From Mantamonas sphyraenae STR306 (lineage: Eukaryota > Protista > CRuMs), in NCBI GenBank assembly GCA_026936335.1, contig JAPMXV010000015.1, positions 1-64,000 on the forward strand: 64,000 nt of DNA, in the 5' to 3' direction. The notes beneath the pieces were generated by a model. The model worked only from the letters and a program-made list of their open reading frames with translations. It was not told the origin of the DNA and did no database searches. This document shows, piece after piece, positions 30,301 to 45,300 of the stretch. Positions within the stretch are counted from its first letter, which is position 1, and the number at the start of each line of letters is the position of its first letter. The position numbers and the translations under genes are program-made.

Positions 30301-33300
30301 AGGAACAAGGAAGAGATGGTGGAGAAGGAGAAGGTGGAACGAGAGCTGGAACGTGTACAGGGAGAGCTTTCGCGACAGGAGAAGCGTGTGCAAGAGCTGG
30401 GGGAGGCAGTTAGGGCTGCTGAGGAGAAGGCTGCTGAGGCGGAAGCGAGTCTGGAAGATCTGCGAAAGGAGAAGGAGGCAGCGGAAGCGAGGGTGGTTGC
30501 AGCGGAGAGGAGGCAAGCCGAGGCAGAAGCCGCGATGCAGAGGAAGGAAGAGGAACGCGTGAGTGTGCTGGACGAGATGGAGGTGCTCCAGGAGGAGATG
30601 GCTGGAGTGATGGGGGAGAACGAGGAAGTTGGTGAGCGTGTGGCGTCGCTGGAGAAGGAACTGGCTGGTGAGAGGACGCGTGTGGAGGAGATGGCGAAGG
30701 AACTTGTGCAGGAGAAGGAGGCGGTGGAGGATGCACAAGGGGAACGCGCGACGGCGCTGGAGCGTGTGGCATCGCTGGAGAAGGAACTGGCTGGAGAGAG
30801 GACGCGTGTGGAGGAGATGGCGAAGGAACTTGTGCAGGAGAAGGAGGCGGTGGAGGATGCACAAGGTGAACGCGCGACGGCGCTGGAGCGTGTGGCAGAG
30901 CTCGAGGAACAGGTGAAGGAAATGATGGGGTCAGGCGATGAAGGATCCGAAGCGGCACAAGTGCTGGTAGACGAGCTGGAGGAGGTGCGGGCGAAACTGC
31001 GGGAGCAGGATGCACGGGTGGAAGAGCTGGAGGAGCAGGTTGAGGGTCACATGGACACGGAGGCCCAAGTGGGACAACTGGAAGAGGAGCTGAATGGATT
31101 GAAGTCACAGCTGGCGCAGGAACGCACGCAAGCAGCAGAGACAGAGGGCAAGCTCGAGCAGATGACACGTGAGCTGGAGAACGCACTGCAGCGGGCAGGA
31201 GTTGCTGAAGAGCGTGGTGATTCGTACACAGAAGAACTTGAGAAGCTGGTGGAGCAGATTGAGAAAGAGAAGCGCGAGTACGGAGCGCTGACGGCATCGT
31301 TGGAGGAATTGCAGCAGACGCTTGAGGAGATGCAAGGGCGAGTCGGCGAGGCAGAGGCGAGCCTGGAAGCTTCAAAGCGCGCGCTGCAGGAGGCACGTGC
31401 ACAGAAAGAAGCGAGCGAACGAGAGCTGGAAGCTGTGAACGACGAGATGGAGGTGTTGCAGGGAGAAATGGGCGAAGTGATGCAGGAGAACGGGAAGCTG
31501 TTGACTGCGCTTGCGGAGGCTGAACGCGCGGGAGCAGCGGCGGTGGCTGAGGGCAAGGAGGCACGGGAGGCAGCGGAAACAGCTCGGGCAGCGGTTGTAG
31601 AGAAACTTCAGGAGACGCTGGGAGAACTAGAAGCAGCACGGAAGCGGGTGGAAGAGCTGGAAGGGGAAGTTGCAGCACGGGTGGGAGAGGAAGAGCATTC
31701 AAAGGTTCAACAGGCACTGGCGCAGGCCGAACAAGAGGTTTTGGAGTCGCAAGATGAGCTGCAGAAGGCGCTTGAGCGCGTCTCAGAACTGGAAAAGGCA
31801 CTGGCCGGCACGAAGGCAGAGATGGAAGCAGATCGGACAGCTGCAGAACGAGAAGTGGCGGTGGCGCGTGAACGGGTGGCTGAACTGGAACAGGCACAGG
31901 CACGCGCTGAGGAGCAGCAGCAGGGAGACAATGCTGGAGCGCAGGAGGATATCAGCGGTGCACTGGAAGCTGCTGAGCAAGAGGTGAAGACGCTGCGGGA
32001 GCAACTTGCAGCGAGCGAGGCAGCGTTTGCAGCGATGAAGGAGCTCGAGGTGGAGATGCAAGAGAAGAACGATGCGCTGTGGAAGGAACAGAATCAGCTT
32101 GTGCTGAACGAGGAGATTGCACTGAAGCGCGCAGAGGAAGCGGAACAGGCACTGGCCGCGTTGCGAGCACGCGAAGCGGCAAGCGGAGAGGAGCTGCGTG
32201 GGGAAGTGGGTCGACTGGAGAATGCTGTGCGAGAAGCAGAAGAGGAGACACGGTTGAAGCAAGGACGGGTGAGCGAGCTTGAGAAGGCTCTTACGGCAGC
32301 AGAAGAGGAAGCACAGAAGACGGCGGAGCACGTGGCAGAGCTGGAGGAAGCAGTGGCAAGGAACAAGGAAGAGATGGTGGAGAAGGAGAAGGTGGAACGA
32401 GAGCTGGAACGTGTACAGGGAGAGCTTTCACGACAGGAGAAGCGTGTGCAAGAGCTGGGGGAGGCAGTTAGGGCTGCTGAGGAGAGAAGCTGCTGAGGCG
32501 GAAGCGAGTCTGGAAGATCTGCGAAAGGAGAAGGAGGCAGCGGAAGCGAGGGTGGTTGCAGCGGAGAGGAGGCAAGCCGAGGCAGAAGCCGCGATGCAGA
32601 GGAAGGAAGAGGAACGCGTGAGTGTGCTGGACGAGATGGAGGTGCTCCAGGAGGAGATGGCTGGAGTGATGGGGGAGAACGAGGAAGTTGGTGAGCGTGT
32701 GGCATCGCTGGAGAAGGAACTGGCTGGTGAGAGGACGCGTGTGGAGGAGATGGCGAAGGAACTTGTGCAGGAGAAGGAGGCGGTGGAGGATGCACAAGGG
32801 GAACGCGCGACGGCGCTGGAGCGTGTGGCATCGCTGGAGAAGGAACTGGCTGGTGAGAGGACGCGTGTGGAGGAGATGGCGAAGGAACTTGTGCAGGAGA
32901 AGGAGGCGGTGGAGGATGCACAAGGTGAACGTGTGACGGCGCTGGAGCGTGTGGCATCGCTGGAGAAGGAACTGGCTGGTGAGAGGACGCGTGTGGAGGA
33001 GATGGCGAAGGAACTTGTGCAGGAGAAGGAAGCAGTGGAGGATGCACAAGGGGAACGCGCGACGGCGCTGGAGCGTGTGGCAGAGCTCGAGGAACAGGTG
33101 AAGGAAATGATGGGGTCAGGCGATGAAGGATTCGAAGCGGCACAAGTGCTGGTAGACGAGCTGGAGGAGGTGCGGGCGAAACTGCGGGAGCAGGATGCAC
33201 GGGTGGAAGAGCTGGAGGAGCAGGTTGAGGGTCACATGGACACGGAGGCCCAAGTGGGACAACTGGAAGAGGAGCTGAATGGATTGAAGTCACAGCTGGC

Positions 33301-36300
33301 GCAGGAACGCACGCAAGCAGCAGAGACAGAGGGCAAGCTCGAGCAGATGACACGTGAGCTGGAGAACGCACTGCAGCGGGCAGGAGTTGCTGAAGAGCGT
33401 GGTGATTCGTACACAGAAGAACTTGAGAAGCTGGTGGAGCAGATTGAGAAAGAGAAGCGCGAGTACGGAGCGCTGACGGCATCGTTGGAGGAATTGCAGC
33501 AGACGCTTGAGGAGATGCAAGGGCGAGTCGGCGAGGCAGAGGCGAGCCTGGAAGCTTCAAAGCGCGCGCTGCAGGAGGCACGTGCACAGAAAGAAGCGAG
33601 CGAACGAGAGCTGGAAGCTGTGAACGACGAGATGGAGGTGTTGCAGGGAGAAATGGGCGAAGTGATGCAGGAGAACGGGAAGCTGTTGACTGCGCTTGCG
33701 GAGGCTGAACGCGCGCGGGAGCAGCGGCGGTGGCTGAGGGCAATGAGGCACGGGAGGCAGCGGAAACAGCTCGGGCAGCGGTTGTAGAGAAACTTCAGGA
33801 GACGCTGGGAGAACTAGAAGCAGCACGGAAGCGGGTGGAAGAGCTGGAAGGGGAAGTTGCAGCACGGGTGGGAGAGGAAGAGCATTCAAAGGTTCAACAG
33901 GCACTGGCGCAGGCCGAACAAGAGGTTTTGGAGTCGCAAGATGAGCTGCAGAAGGCGCTTGAGCGCGTCTCAGAACTGGAAAAGGCACTGGCCGGCACGA
34001 AGGCAGAGATGGAAGCAGATCGGACAGCTGCAGAACGAGAAGTGGCGGTGGCGCGTGAACGGGTGGCTGAACTGGAACAGGCACAGGCACGCGCTGAGGA
34101 GCAGCAGCAGGGAGACAATGCTGGAGCGCAGGAGGATATCAGCGGTGCACTGGAAGCTGCTGAGCAAGAGGTGAAGACGCTGCGGGAGCAACTTGCAGCG
34201 AGCGAGGCAGCGTTTGCAGCGATGAAGGAGCTCGAGGTGGAGATGCAAGAGAAGAACGATGCGCTGTGGAAGGAACAGAATCAGCTTGTGCTGAACGAGG
34301 AGATTGCACTGAAGCGCGCAGAGGAAGCGGAACAGGCACTGGCCGCGTTGCGAGCACGCGAAGCGGCAAGCGGAGAGGAGCTGCGTGGGGAAGTGGGTCG
34401 ACTGGAGAATGCTGTGCGAGAAGCAGAAGAGGAGACACGGTTGAAGCAAGGACGGGTGAGCGAGCTTGAGAAGGCTCTTACGGCAGCAGAAGAGGAAGCA
34501 CAGAAGACGGCGGAGCACGTGGCAGAGCTGGAGGAAGCAGTGGCAAGGAACAAGGAAGAGATGGTGGAGAAGGAGAAGGTGGAACGAGAGCTGGAACGTG
34601 TACAGGGAGAGCTTTCGCGACAGGAGAAGCGTGTGCAAGAGCTGGGGGAGGCAGTTAGGGCTGCTGAGGAGAAGGCTGCTGAGGCGGAAGCGAGTCTGGA
34701 AGATCTGCGAAAGGAGAAGGAGGCAGCGGAAGCGAGGGTGGTTGCAGCGGAGAGGAGGCAAGCCGAGGCAGAAGCCGCGATGCAGAGGAAGGAAGAGGAA
34801 CGCGTGAGTGTGCTGGACGAGATGGAGGTGCTCCAGGAGGAGATGGCTGGAGTGATGGGGGAGAACGAGGAAGTTGGTGAGCGTGTGGCGTCGCTGGAGA
34901 AGGAACTGGCTGGTGAGAGGACGCGTGTGGAGGAGATGTGTGCAGGAGAGGAGGCGGTGGAGGATGCACGACGCGCGACGGAAGCGTGTGGCATCGCTGG
35001 AGCAGGAAGAGAGAGAGACGCGTGTGGAGGAGTGGCGAAGGAATGCAGGCGGTGGAGGATGCACAAGGTGAACGCGCGACGACGGCGCTGGAGCGTGTGG
35101 CAGAGCTTGAGGAACAGGTGAAGGAAATGATGGGGTCAGGCGATGAAGGATCCGAAGTGGCACAAGTGCTGGTAGACGAGCTGGAGGAGGTGCGGGCGAA
35201 ACTGCGGGAGCAGGATGCACGGGTGGAAGAGCTGGAGGAGCAGGTTGAGGGTCACATGGACACGGAGGCCCAAGTGGGACAACTGGAAGAGGAGCTGAAT
35301 GGATTGAAGTCACAGCTGGCGCAGGAACGCACGCAAGCAGCAGAGACAGAGGGCAAGCTCGAGCAGATGACAAGTAGCCTGGCTATCCTCGAACAGCAAC
35401 TGCAAACGGAACGAAACCTCGTGCGGCAGTTGCAAGACGCAGCAGCAGCCTCTGCCAACGATAACCAAAAGGCCCTACAGCGTCAGCTTCAGCATGCACA
35501 GGATCAGCTGCAGCAACTGAAGGCTGCGTTTGCCGACAACAACAAGGAGTTGATTGATGAGCTAAAGAACACTGTCCGCAAATTGGGCGAGTCTGAGGAT
35601 ACCGTTCGCTCGCTACAAAGTGAGCGCATTGATGCCTTGGCCTTGCGTGAACAACTACAGCAGTCAACGTCTCGACTTGCTGGTATGAACGAAGAAGTCC
35701 GAGTGATCCATGATCGTGAGCAACGCGCGGTTGCCCAGCTTCAGCTCGTTGAGGAACACAATGTTTCGCTCGTACACGACAAAGATGCACTCAAACGCAG
35801 TCTAGATCAGTCGAACAGCGCGCTGCAGACGACTAAGCAGTCTCTAATGGTCACCCGACAAGCGTTTGAGGAGAGCTCGACAGCACTTCAACGTTGCAAG
35901 GTCAATCTCAACGAACGCACTGAACGTGTTTTGGAACTGGAGCGACTGCTTTCCAAGAACGCAGATGTGATCGGCAACCTCAGACAAGAGGTGTCAGCGT
36001 TGAAACTTGAGAGCGCCCAAGCGAGGGCGAGTCCGCAGTCGCCTCGTGTTCGAGACCTGGCAACGTCGATTAAGGACAAAGACGAAACGATCGACCATCT
36101 GCAGCAACAAGTGACCAGACTTTTGAATGCAGAAGAGGAGGTGACCGCTTTGCAGGAAGAGGTGACTGTCCTTGAACAAGCACTGGGTGAGGCGGAAAGG
36201 AATGCGGAGACGGAACATCTGCAGCACGGCCACGCAGTCAACGTCCTTACGAAGCAACTGGATGAGGTACGAATGGAACTGGAGCGCGTGCGTGGCGATG

Positions 36301-39300
36301 GAGTGGGGATGGACAAGCTTGTGGACACAGTGCACGAACAGGCGCTGAGTGCAGCGGATATGAACCGACTGTGGGAAGAGTCACAGGAGGCACTGGAGAA
36401 GGCGGAAGCGTCGCGTCGTGTTGCTGAGGAAGGACGGGAGGAAGCGGAAGGAGTGGTTGCGTATGAGCGACAGCGTGCGGAGAAGCTGGAAGAGACGGTT
36501 GCGGAACTGCGAGGACGATGTGAGGAGCTTGAGGAGAGAGTGATGGAGATGCAGGGTGTGGGAGGGAAGAAGAGTGGACGCCGAGTGAGCGACGAAGAGC
36601 GAGAAGCGGCGCTTGTCGTTGTGGCGCGACTGGAGAAGGAAGTGGAGCGGGTGCGTGGGGAGAAGGAGATTGTGATCTCGGAGTACGAGGGTCGTCTGGA
36701 CACGTTGCAGGAGGAGGTGAAGCGTCTGGAGGCACGCGTGTCTGCACAGAGTGCAGCGATGGAGTCGCAAGAAGGGGAGCGCGAGGATGTGCGCATGGAA
36801 GCGTTGTCGCTTGAGGAAGAAGTGATTGTGCTGCGGGGACGCGTTGCGGAGCTGGAAGGAGCAGCGGCGGAAGCGGCGACAGAGGCGATGGCGCGGGAGG
36901 AACGAGAGCGAGCAAGTGCTGTGGCGATGGCGAAGCTTGAAGAAGAGATGGCACGGGGACAGAGTGAAGCGACGGAAGAGTCTGAGGGGATGAGGAACAT
37001 GTTGACGCTGGAGGAGGAAGTGGAGCGTCTGCGAGAGCAGGTGCGGGAGACAGAGCGGGTTGAGGAGGAGATGGTGGAGGCAGTGCAAGGACGAGAGGCA
37101 GCTGTGGACCGTGCGGAAGAAGCAGAGCGTGAGCGGAACGAGATGGAAGGAGTTGTGCGTGAGCTGCGTGAGCAGATGCAAGGGAGCGTGAGCCGGGCGG
37201 AGTACGAGAGCGTGTGTGGGCAACTGGAGGACGCGATGTTGCGCCTGCATGGATCCGGTTCCGGGTTCAACGGCAGTGTCGTTGGATCAGGTGGTTCTGA
37301 GGGAGAATACTCGGAGTCGGAGGTTACATCTTCCCTTGCAGCTGCTGAGGAGGGTGAAGTGGAAGTTTTGCGCTCTCAACTGCAGAGAATGGAGCGGGTT
37401 GAGGAGGAGATGGTGGAGGCAGTGCAAGGACGAGAGGCAGCTGTGGACCGTGCGGAAGAAGCAGAGCGTGAACGGAACGAGATGGAAGGAGTTGTGCGTG
37501 AGCTGCGTGAGCAGATGCAAGGAAGCGTGAGCCGGGCGGAGTACGAGAGCGTGTGTGGACAACTGGAGGAAGCGGTGCGACGCCTGCAGGGAGTCGGAAG
37601 GGTGGACGTGAGCGAGGCAGACGAGGAACGGGCGGAAGCAGCTGGACACGCAGCAGAGCTTGCCGAGATGCAGGAGCGAACGGCAGAAGAGGTTGCTGGT
37701 GTGCGAGAGGAGACGAGCACACGTGTGGCTGAGGCAGAAGCAGCTGCGAGTGCGTCTGCTGTTGCGGCCGAAGAAGAACGAGCTCGAGCGGAACGCGCGG
37801 AAGAGGCGCTGGCGAAGGCAGAAGAGGCAGCAGCTGGACAAGCGAAGCGTGTTGAGGAACTGGAGGAAGAAGTGGCAGCACTGGAGGAGGCGATGGGTGA
37901 GCGAGAAAGGAGTGTAGAGGAGGAGGCTGTGACACAAGAGGAGCGTGTGATTGCACTGACAGGAGAACTGGAAGAGGTGCGAAAGGAGCTGGAGCGCGTG
38001 CGTGGCGATGGAGTGGAGATGGACAAGCTTGTGGACACAGTGCACGAACAGGCGCTGAGTGCAGCGGATATGAACCGACTGTGGGAAGAGTCACAGGAGG
38101 CACTGGAGAAGGCGGAAGCGTCGCGTCGTGTTGCTGAGGAAGGACGGGAGGAAGCGGAAGGAGTGGTTGCGTATGAGCGACAGCGTGCGGAGAAGCTGGA
38201 AGAGACGGTTGCGGAACTGCGAGGACGATGTGAGGAGCTTGAGGAGAGAGTGATGGAGATGCAGGGTGTGGGAGGGAAGAAGAGTGGACGCCGAGTGAGC
38301 GACGAAGAGCGAGAAGCGGCGCTTGTCGTTGTGGCGCGACTGGAGAAGGAAGTGGAGCGGGTGCGTGGGGAGAAGGAGATTGTGATCTCGGAGTACGAGG
38401 GTCGTCTGGACACGTTGCAGGAGGAGGTGAAGCGTCTGGAGGCACGTGTGTCGGCACAGAGTGCAGCGATGGAGTCACAAGAAGGGGAGCGCGAGGATGT
38501 GCGCAAGGAAGCGTTGTCGCTTGAGGAAGAAGTGATTGTGCTGCGGGGACGCGTTGCGGAGCTGGAAGGAGCAGCGGCGGAAGCGGCGACAGAGGCGATG
38601 GCGCGGGAGGAACGAGAGCGAGCAAGTGCTGTGGCGATGGCGAAGCTTGAAGAAGAGATGGCACGGGGACAGAGTGAAGCGACGGAAGAGTCTGAGGGAT
38701 GAGGAACATGTTGACGCTGGAGGAGGAAGTGGAGCGTCTGCGAGAGCAAGTGCGGGAGACAGAGCGGGTTGAGGAGGAGATGGTGGAGGCAGTGCAAGGA
38801 CGAGAGGCAGCTGTGGACCGTGCGGAAGAAGCAGAGCGTGAACGGAACGAGATGGAAGGAGTTGTGCGTGAGCTGCGTGAGCAGATGCAAGGAAGCGTGA
38901 GCCGGGCGGAGTACGAGAGCGTGTGTGGACAACTGGAGGAAGCGGTGCGACGCCTGCAGGGAGTCGGAAGGGTGGACGTGAGCGAGGCAGACGAGGAACG
39001 GGCGGAAGCAGCTGGACACGCAGCAGAGCTTGCCGAGATGCAGGAGCGAACGGCGGAAGAGGTTGCTGGTGTGCGAGAGGAGACGAGCACACGTGTGGCT
39101 GAGGCAGAAGCAGCTGCGAGTGCGTCTGCTGTTGCGGCCGAAGAAGAACGAGCTCGAGCGGAACGCGCGGAAGAGGCGCTGGCGAAGGCAGAAGAGGCAG
39201 CAGCTGGACAAGCGAAGCGTGTTGAGGAACTGGAGGAAGAAGTGGCAGCACTGGAGGAGGCGATGGGTGAGCGAGAAAGGAGTGTAGAGGAGGAGGCTGT

Positions 39301-42300
39301 GACACAAGAGGAGCGTGTGATTGCACTGACAGGAGAACTGGAAGAGGTGCGAAAGGAGCTGGAGCGCGTGCGTGGCGATGGAGTGGAGATGGACAAGCTT
39401 GTGGACACAGTGCACGAACAGGCGCTGAGTGCAGCGGATATGAACCGACTGTGGGAAGAGTCACAGGAGGCACTGGAGAAGGCGGAAGCGTCGCGTCGTG
39501 TTGCGGAGGAAGGACGGGAGGAAGCGGAAGGAGTGGTTGCGTATGAGCGACAGCGTGCGGAGAAGCTGGAAGAGACGGTTGCGGAACTGCGAGGACGATG
39601 TGAGGAGCTTGAGGAGAGAGTGATGGAGATGCAGGGTGTGGGAGGGAAGAAGAGTGGACGCCGAGTGAGCGACGAAGAGCGGGAAGCGGCGCTTGTCGTT
39701 GTGGCGCGACTGGAGAAGGAAGTGGAGCGGGTGCGTGGGAGAAGGAGATTGTGATCTCGGAGTACGAGGGTCGTCTGGACACGTTGCAGGAGGAGGTGAA
39801 GCGTCTGGAGGCACGTGTGTCGGCACAGAGTGCAGCGATGGAGTCGCAAGAAGGGGAGCGCGAGGATGTGCGCATGGAGGCGTTGTCGCTTGAGGAAGAA
39901 GTGATTGTGCTGCGGGGACGCGTTGCGGAGCTGGAAGGAGCAGCGGCGGAAGCGGCGACAGAGGCGATGGCGCGGGAGGAACGAGAGCGAGCAAGTGCTG
40001 TGGCGATGGCGAAGCTTGAAGAAGAGATGGCACGGGGACAGAGTGAAGCGACGGAAGAGTCTGAGGGGATGAGGAACATGTTGACGCTGGAGGAGGAAGT
40101 GGAGCGTCTGCGAGAGCAAGTGCGGGAGACAGAGCGGGTTGAGGAGGAGATGGTGGAGGCAGTGCAAGGACGAGAGGCAGCTGTGGACCGTGCGGAAGAA
40201 GCAGAGCGTGAACGGAACGAGATGGAAGGAGTTGTGCGTGAGCTGCGTGAGCAGATGCAAGGAAGCGTGAGCCGGGCGGAGTACGAGAGCGTGTGTGGAC
40301 AACTGGAGGAAGCGGTGCGACGCCTGCAGGGAGTCGGAAGGGTGGACGTGAGCGAGGCAGACGAGGAACGGGCGGAAGCAGCTGGACACGCAGCAGAGCT
40401 TGCCGAGATGCAGGAGCGAACGGCGGAAGAGGTTGCTGGAGTGCGAGAGGAGACGAGCACACGTGTGGCTGAGGCAGAAGCAGCTGCGAGCGCGTCTGCT
40501 GTTGCGGCCGAAGAAGAACGAGCTCGAGCGGAACGCGCGGAAGAGGCGCTGGCGAAGGCAGAAGAGGCAGCAGCTGGACAAGCGAAGCGTGTTGAGGAAC
40601 TGGAGGAAGAAGTGGCAGCACTGGAGGAGGCGATGGGTGAGCGAGAAAGGAGTGTAGAGGAGGAGGCTGTGACACAAGAGGAGCGTGTGATTGCACTGAC
40701 AGGAGAACTGGAAGAGGTGCGAAAGGAGCTGGAGCGCGTGCGTGGCGATGGAGTGGAGATGGACAAGCTTGTGGACACAGTGCACGAACAGGCGCTGAGT
40801 GCAGCGGATATGAACCGACTGTGGGAAGAGTCACAGGAGGCACTGGAGAAGGCGGAAGCGTCGCGTCGTGTTGCTGAGGAAGGACGGGAGGAAGCGGAAG
40901 GAGTGGTTGCGTATGAGCGACAGCGTGCGGAGAAGCTGGAAGAGACGGTTGCGGAACTGCGAGGACGATGTGAGGAGCTTGAGGAGAGAGTGATGGAGAT
41001 GCAGGGTGTGGGAGGGAAGAAGAGTGGACGCCGAGTGAGCGACGAAGAGCGGGAAGCGGCGCTTGTCGTTGTGGCGCGACTGGAGAAGGAAGTGGAGCGG
41101 GTGCGTGGGGAGAAGGAGATTGTGATCTCGGAGTACGAGGGTCGTCTGGACACGTTGCAGGAGGAGGTGAAGCGTCTGGAGGCACGTGTGTCGGCACAGA
41201 GTGCAGCGATGGAGTCGCAAGAAGGGGAGCGCGAGGATGTGCGCATGGGAGGCGTTGTCGCTTGAGGAAGAAGTGATTGTGCTGCGGGGACGCGTTGCGG
41301 AGCTGGAAGGAGCAGCGGCGGAAGCGGCGACAGAGGCGATGGCGCGGGAGGAACGAGAGCGAGCAAGTGCTGTGGCGATGGCGAAGCTTGAAGAAGAGAT
41401 GGCACGGGGACAGAGTGAAGCGACGGAAGAGTCTGAGGGGATGAGGAACATGTTGACGCTGGAGGAGGAAGTGGAGCGTCTGCGAGAGCAAGTGCGGGAG
41501 ACAGAGCGGGTTGAGGAGGAGATGGTGGAGGCAGTGCAAGGACGAGAGGCAGCTGTGGACCGTGCGGAAGAAGCAGAGCGTGAACGGAACGAGATGGAAG
41601 GAGTTGTGCGTGAGCTGCGTGAGCAGATGCAAGGAAGCGTGAGCCGGGCGGAGTACGAGAGCGTGTGTGGACAACTGGAGGAAGCGGTGCGACGCCTGCA
41701 GGGAGTCGGAAGGGTGGACGTGAGCGAGGCAGACGAGGAACGGGCGGAAGCAGCTGGACACGCAGCAGAGCTTGCCGAGATGCAGGAGCGAACGGCGGAA
41801 GAGGTTGCTGGAGTGCGAGAGGAGACGAGCACACGTGTGGCTGAGGCAGAAGCAGCTGCGAGTGCGTCTGCTGTTGCGGCCGAAGAAGAACGAGCTCGAG
41901 CGGAACGCGCGGAAGAGGCGCTGGCGAAGGCAGAAGAGGCAGCAGCTGGACAAGCGAAGCGTGTTGAGGAACTGGAGGAAGAAGTGGCAGCACTGGAGGA
42001 GGCGATGGGTGAGCGAGAAAGGAGTGTAGAGGAGGAGGCTGTGACACAAGAGGAGCGTGTGATTGCACTGACAGGAGAACTGGAAGAGGTGCGAAAGGAG
42101 CTGGAGCGCGTGCGTGGCGATGGAGTGGAGATGGACAAGCTTGTGGACACAGTGCACGAACAGGCGCTGAGTGCAGCGGATATGAACCGACTGTGGGAAG
42201 AGTCACAGGAGGCACTGGAGAAGGCGGAAGCGTCGCGTCGTGTTGCTGAGGAAGGACGGGAGGAAGCGGAAGGAGTGGTTGCGTATGAGCGACAGCGTGC

Positions 42301-45300
42301 GGAGAAGCTGGAAGAGACGGTTGCGGAACTGCGAGGACGATGTGAGGAGCTTGAGGAGAGAGTGATGGAGATGCAGGGTGTGGGAGGGAAGAAGAGTGGA
42401 CGCCGAGTGAGCGACGAAGAGCGGGAAGCGGCGCTTGTCGTTGTGGCGCGACTGGAGAAGGAAGTGGAGCGGGTGCGTGGGGAGAAGGAGATTGTGATCT
42501 CGGAGTACGAGGGTCGTCTGGACACGTTGCAGGAGGAGGTGAAGCGTCTGGAGGCACGTGTGTCGGCACAGAGTGCAGCGATGGAGTCGCAAGAAGGGGA
42601 GCGCGAGGATGTGCGCATGGAGGCGTTGTCGCTTGAGGAAGAAGTGATTGTGCTGCGGGGACGCGTTGCGGAGCTGGAAGGAGCAGCGGCGGAAGCGGCG
42701 ACAGAGGCGATGGCGCGGGAGGAACGAGAGCGAGCAAGTGCTGTGGCGATGGCGAAGCTTGAAGAAGAGATGGCACGGGGACAGAGTGAAGCGACGGAAG
42801 AGTCTGAGGGGATGAGGAACATGTTGACGCTGGAGGAGGAAGTGGAGCGTCTGCGAGAGCAAGTGCGGGAGACAGAGCGGGTTGAGGAGGAGATGGTGGA
42901 GGCAGTGCAAGGACGAGAGGCAGCTGTGGACCGTGCGGAAGAAGCAGAGCGTGAACGGAACGAGATGGAAGGAGTTGTGCGTGAGCTGCGTGAGCAGATG
43001 CAAGGGAGCGTGAGCCGGGCGGAGTACGAGAGCGTGTGTGGACAACTGGAGGAAGCGGTGCGACGCCTGCAGGGAGTCGGAAGGGTGGACGTGAGCGAGG
43101 CAGACGAGGAACGGGCGGAAGCAGCTGGACACGCAGCAGAGCTTGCCGAGATGCAGGAGCGAACGGCGGAAGAGGTTGCTGGAGTGCGAGAGGAGACGAG
43201 CACACGTGTGGCTGAGGCAGAAGCAGCTGCGAGCGCGTCTGCTGTTGCGGCCGAAGAAGAACGAGCTCGAGCGGAATGCGCGGAAGAGGCGCTGGCGAAG
43301 GCCGAAGAGGCAGCAGCTGGACAAGCGAAGCGTGTTGAGGAACTGGAGGAAGAAGTGGCAGCACTGGAGGAGGCGATGGGTGAGCGAGAAAGGAGTGTAG
43401 AGGAGGAGGCTGTGACACAAGAGGAGCGTGTGATTGCACTGACAGGAGAACTGGAAGAGGTGCGAAAGGAGCTGGAGCGCGTGCGTGGCGATGGAGTGGA
43501 GATGGACAAGCTTGTGGACACAGTGCACGAACAGGCGCTGAGTGCAGCGGATATGAACCGACTGTGGGAAGAGTCACAGGAGGCACTGGAGAAGGCGGAA
43601 GCGTCGCGTCGTGTTGCTGAGGAAGGACGGGAGGAAGCGGAAGGAGTGGTTGCGTATGAGCGACAGCGTGCGGAGAAGCTGGAAGAGACGGTTGCGGAAC
43701 TGCGAGGACGATGTGAGGAGCTTGAGGAGAGAGTGATGGAGATGCAGGGTGTGGGAGGGAAGAAGAGTGGACGCCGAGTGAGCGACGAAGAGCGGGAAGC
43801 GGCGCTTGTCGTTGTGGCGCGACTGGAGAAGGAAGTGGAGCGGGTGCGTGGGGAGAAGGAGATTGTGATCTCGGAGTACGAGGGTCGTCTGGACACGTTG
43901 CAGGAGGAGGTGAAGCGTCTGGAGGCACGTGTGTCGGCACAGAGTGCAGCGATGGAGTCGCAAGAAGGGGAGCGCGAGGATGTGCGCATGGAGGCGTTGT
44001 CGCTTGAGGAAGAAGTGATTGTGCTGCGGGGACGCGTTGCGGAGCTGGAAGGAGCAGCGGCGGAAGCGGCGACAGAGGCGATGGCGCGGGAGGAACGAGA
44101 GCGAGCAAGTGCTGTGGCGATGGCGAAGCTTGAAGAAGAGATGGCACGGGGACAGAGTGAAGCGACGGAAGAGTCTGAGGGGATGAGGAACATGTTGACG
44201 CTGGAGGAGGAAGTGGAGCGTCTGCGAGAGCAAGTGCGGGAGACAGAGCGGGTTGAGGAGGAGATGGTGGAGGCAGTGCAAGGACGAGAGGCAGCTGTGG
44301 ACCGTGCGGGAAGAAGCAGAGCGTGAACGGAACGAGATGGAAGGAGTTGTGCGGGAGCTGCGTGAGCAGATGCAAGGGAGCGTGAGCCGGGCGGAGTACG
44401 AGAGCGTGTGTGGACAACTGGAGGAAGCGGTGCGACGCCTGCAGGGAGTCGGAAGGGTGGACGTGAGCGAGGCAGACGAGGAACGGGCGGAAGCAGCTGG
44501 ACACGCAGCAGAGCTTGCCGAGATGCAGGAGCGAACGGCGGAAGAGGTTGCTGGGTGTGCGAGAGGAGACGAGCACACGTGTGGCTGAGGCAGAAGCAGC
44601 TGCGAGCGCGTCTGCTGTTGCGGCCGAAGAAGAACGAGCTCGAGCGGAATGCGCGGAAGAGGCGCTGGCGAAGGCCGAAGAGGCAGCAGCTGGACAAGCG
44701 AAGCGTGTTGAGGAACTGGAGGAAGAAGTGGCAGCACTGGAGGAGGCGATGGGTGAGCGAGAAAGGAGTGTAGAGGAGGAGGCTGTGACACAAGAGGAGC
44801 GTGTGATTGCACTGACAGGAGAACTGGAAGAGGTGCGAAAGGAGCTGGAGCGCGTGCGTGGCGATGGAGTGGAGATGGACAAGCTTGTGGACACAGTGCA
44901 CGAACAGGCGCTGAGTGCAGCGGATATGAACCGACTGTGGGAAGAGTCACAGGAGGCACTGGAGAAGGCGGAAGCGTCGCGTCGTGTTGCTGAGGAAGGA
45001 CGGGAGGAAGCGGAAGGAGTGGTTGCGTATGAGCGACAGCGTGCGGAGAAGCTGGAAGAGACGGTTGCGGAACTGCGAGGACGATGTGAGGAGCTTGAGG
45101 AGAGAGTGATGGAGATGCAGGGTGTGGGAGGGAAGAAGAGTGGACGCCGAGTGAGCGACGAAGAGCGGGAAGCGGCGCTTGTCGTTGTGGCGCGACTGGA
45201 GAAGGAAGTGGAGCGGGTGCGTGGGGAGAAGGAGATTGTGATCTCGGAGTACGAGGGTCGTCTGGACACGTTGCAGGAGGAGGTGAAGCGTCTGGAGGCA

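Noticed and set aside
34930-35100. Apparently degenerate copy of the 126-bp sub-repeat
   Set aside because: A dense cluster of small indels flanked by perfect copies looks like a low-quality consensus patch rather than biological decay.
32480-44560. Frameshifts in the giant CDS (~32485, ~33712, ~38697, ~39737, ~41247, ~44308, ~44553) as programmed frameshifting or pseudogenisation
   Set aside because: Each is a 1-2 nt indel in a G run or dinucleotide run relative to otherwise identical sister copies, which is typical of unpolished long-read error in repeats. Read-level confirmation is still needed.
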